Positions 26,350 through 27,786 of a stretch of 27,786 nt of DNA are shown piece by piece. Made by a program: the position numbers and the translations under genes. How positions within the stretch are numbered: position 1 is the stretch's first letter; every line of letters begins with the position of its first letter. The notes under the pieces were generated by a model. The model did no database searches. It saw only the letters and a program-made list of their open reading frames with translations, and had not been told where the DNA came from. Where the stretch lies: positions 1 through 27,786 of IMG/VR virus record IMGVR_UViG_3300016670_000081. One strand, 5' to 3'. This stretch comes from a virus. Taxonomy: Duplodnaviria > Caudoviricetes.

Positions 26350-27587
26350 GCGACCATATCCCTGCATTCAAGGTCAGCATCGAGGAGCGCGACATTACCG
26401 CCATCATTTCGCCGCGGCTGATTAATCTGACCCTGACGCTGTGCCGCGGCGACGAAAGCGACCAGCTCGATATCTCGTTAGACGACAGCGACGGCAAACT
26501 GGCCCTGCCGCCGCGCGGCGCGCAGATCGCACTGGCGCTGGGCTGGCAGTCGTCCGGCCTGGTCGACATGGGCAAGTTCACCGTGGACGAAGTGGAGCAC
26601 AGCGGCGCACCCGATACCGTAACCCTGCGCGCCAGGTCGGCCAACCTGATCGACACCTTCAAGCAGCCGCAAGAGCGCAGCTTTCACAAGACCACGCTGG
26701 GCGCCATCATTGAGGCCATCGCTTTTGAGCACGAGCTGGTATCGGGCGTGTCGGCGCGCCTGCGCGATACCGCCATCGAGCATATCGACCAGACTCACGA
26801 AAGCGACGCGGCATTCCTGCGCCGGCTGGGCAAGAAATACGATGCGGTGGCCACCGTCAAGAACGATACCCTGCTGTTTATCCCGATCAACCAGAGCCGC
26901 ACCGCCAGCGGCAAGGCACTGCCGGTGATCGCTATCACGCGCGCGCTCGGGGACGGCCACCGCTACCATATCGCCGAAAGCGATTCCTACAGCGGCGTGC
27001 GCGCCTTCTGGCATGACGAACGCTATGCGCGCCGCCGCAGCGTGGTGGCCGGCGTCGCTGGCAACAGCAAGCGCCTGCGCACCATGTTCGCAAACGAAAC
27101 GGACGCGCGTACAGCCGCCGTGGCCGAATGGCAGCGCCTGCTGCGTGGCCTGGCCACCTTTGAAATGAGCCTGGCGCTGGGCAATCCGGCCGTGTTTCCG
27201 CAATCGCCTGTCACCGTGACAGGCTTCAAGCCCGAGATCGACGCCACCGAATGGCTGTCGGTCAAGGTCACGCACAGCCTGGGCGGCAATGGCTTTACCA
27301 CGCGGGTGGAGTTTGAAACGAAAACAGAAGCGGTCGAGGCCGAACGTGAAGAAGAGAAAGACCCGGATGAAGGTATCACGGGTGTGGTGGCCAAGTGGAA
27401 GGATGTGGCGGCGAAGAAGAAAAAGGCTGGGCAGGAGCAGGCAGGCACTACTAGCAAAGTGAAAACACTACAGCATACTTATAAGAGCAAGCAGGCCGCC
27501 AGGCGGGCGGCACTGCATGCGTGGAAGCATATTGAAGAAGTGAGGGACATCATCCGCGAAAATAGCGAGAAACCTATAACCTCCTAA
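26346..27587 (+). CDS. D: Baseplate hub / late control protein (P2 gpD)
   Basis: 'RLINLTLT..RGDESDQLDISLDDSDG', 'DEVEHSGAPD', 'HIDQTHESDAAFL.RL', 'GFKPEID'. Confidence 0.95.
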   Translation: MSDHIPAFKVSIEERDITAIISPRLINLTLTLCRGDESDQLDISLDDSDGKLALPPRGAQIALALGWQSSGLVDMGKFTVDEVEHSGAPDTVTLRARSANLIDTFKQPQERSFHKTTLGAIIEAIAFEHELVSGVSARLRDTAIEHIDQTHESDAAFLRRLGKKYDAVATVKNDTLLFIPINQSRTASGKALPVIAITRALGDGHRYHIAESDSYSGVRAFWHDERYARRRSVVAGVAGNSKRLRTMFANETDARTAAVAEWQRLLRGLATFEMSLALGNPAVFPQSPVTVTGFKPEIDATEWLSVKVTHSLGGNGFTTRVEFETKTEAVEAEREEEKDPDEGITGVVAKWKDVAAKKKKAGQEQAGTTSKVKTLQHTYKSKQAARRAALHAWKHIEEVRDIIRENSEKPITS

Positions 27588-27786
27588 TGAATGGTGTGAA
27601 TAACTGCTTCCGGCCTAACGCGGGACGATGGATAAAACACAAGCATACTCTTTTGTAAAAAAATCAAGAATTTCACACAAGACGGAAACCACCCCAAAGC
27701 CGCAGGACCTGCATTAATCGATGACGTCTGCCGATTTGAAAACGCACTTTGGATTGTCGCCTACAGTGTCTAGAAATGGGTGATCA

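Larger units (their letters stand above)
1774..27786. mobile_element. P2-like prophage (left end and structural region; continues beyond the window)
   Basis: P2 synteny Q-P / O-N-M-L-X-lysis-R-S-V-W-J-I...FI-FII-E-E'-T-U-D, a P2-type cos and a tRNA-derived att core. Confidence 0.95.

Noticed and set aside
27628-27773. Possible gene frameshifted at the A7 run (MDKTQAYSFVKK / IKNFTQ...)
   Set aside because: Too short and near the window edge, with no motif support; a minus-strand gene end at 27714-27786 is equally possible.

Overview
The window holds the left end and almost the whole morphogenesis region of a P2-like (Peduoviridae-type) prophage, in high-GC DNA that looks betaproteobacterial (inference). 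Order: tRNA-Ser-derived att core (~1774-1787), AT-rich cargo gene, LexA box, P2-type cos, portal and terminase (minus strand), then O-N-M-L-X, lysis (holin, GH108 endolysin, Rz/Rz1), R-S, a small moron, V-W-J-I, a non-canonical tail-tip module, FI-FII-E/E'-T-U-D. Left of the att core is a divergently read tyrosine integrase that probably belongs to a separate tandem element and may be C-terminally truncated. The most unusual parts are: (1) the P2 H/G fibre cassette is replaced by an extended gpI plus an Mtd-like (CLec/FGE-fold) receptor-binding protein with a DGR-type variable-region tail, yet no RT, Avd or template repeat is in the window; (2) about 13 tandem 114-bp (38-aa) Pro-rich repeats expand the tape measure C-terminus; (3) a possible HEPN-like cargo gene faces a convergent SOS-box promoter. 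All calls come from motif recognition and synteny; no searches were run.
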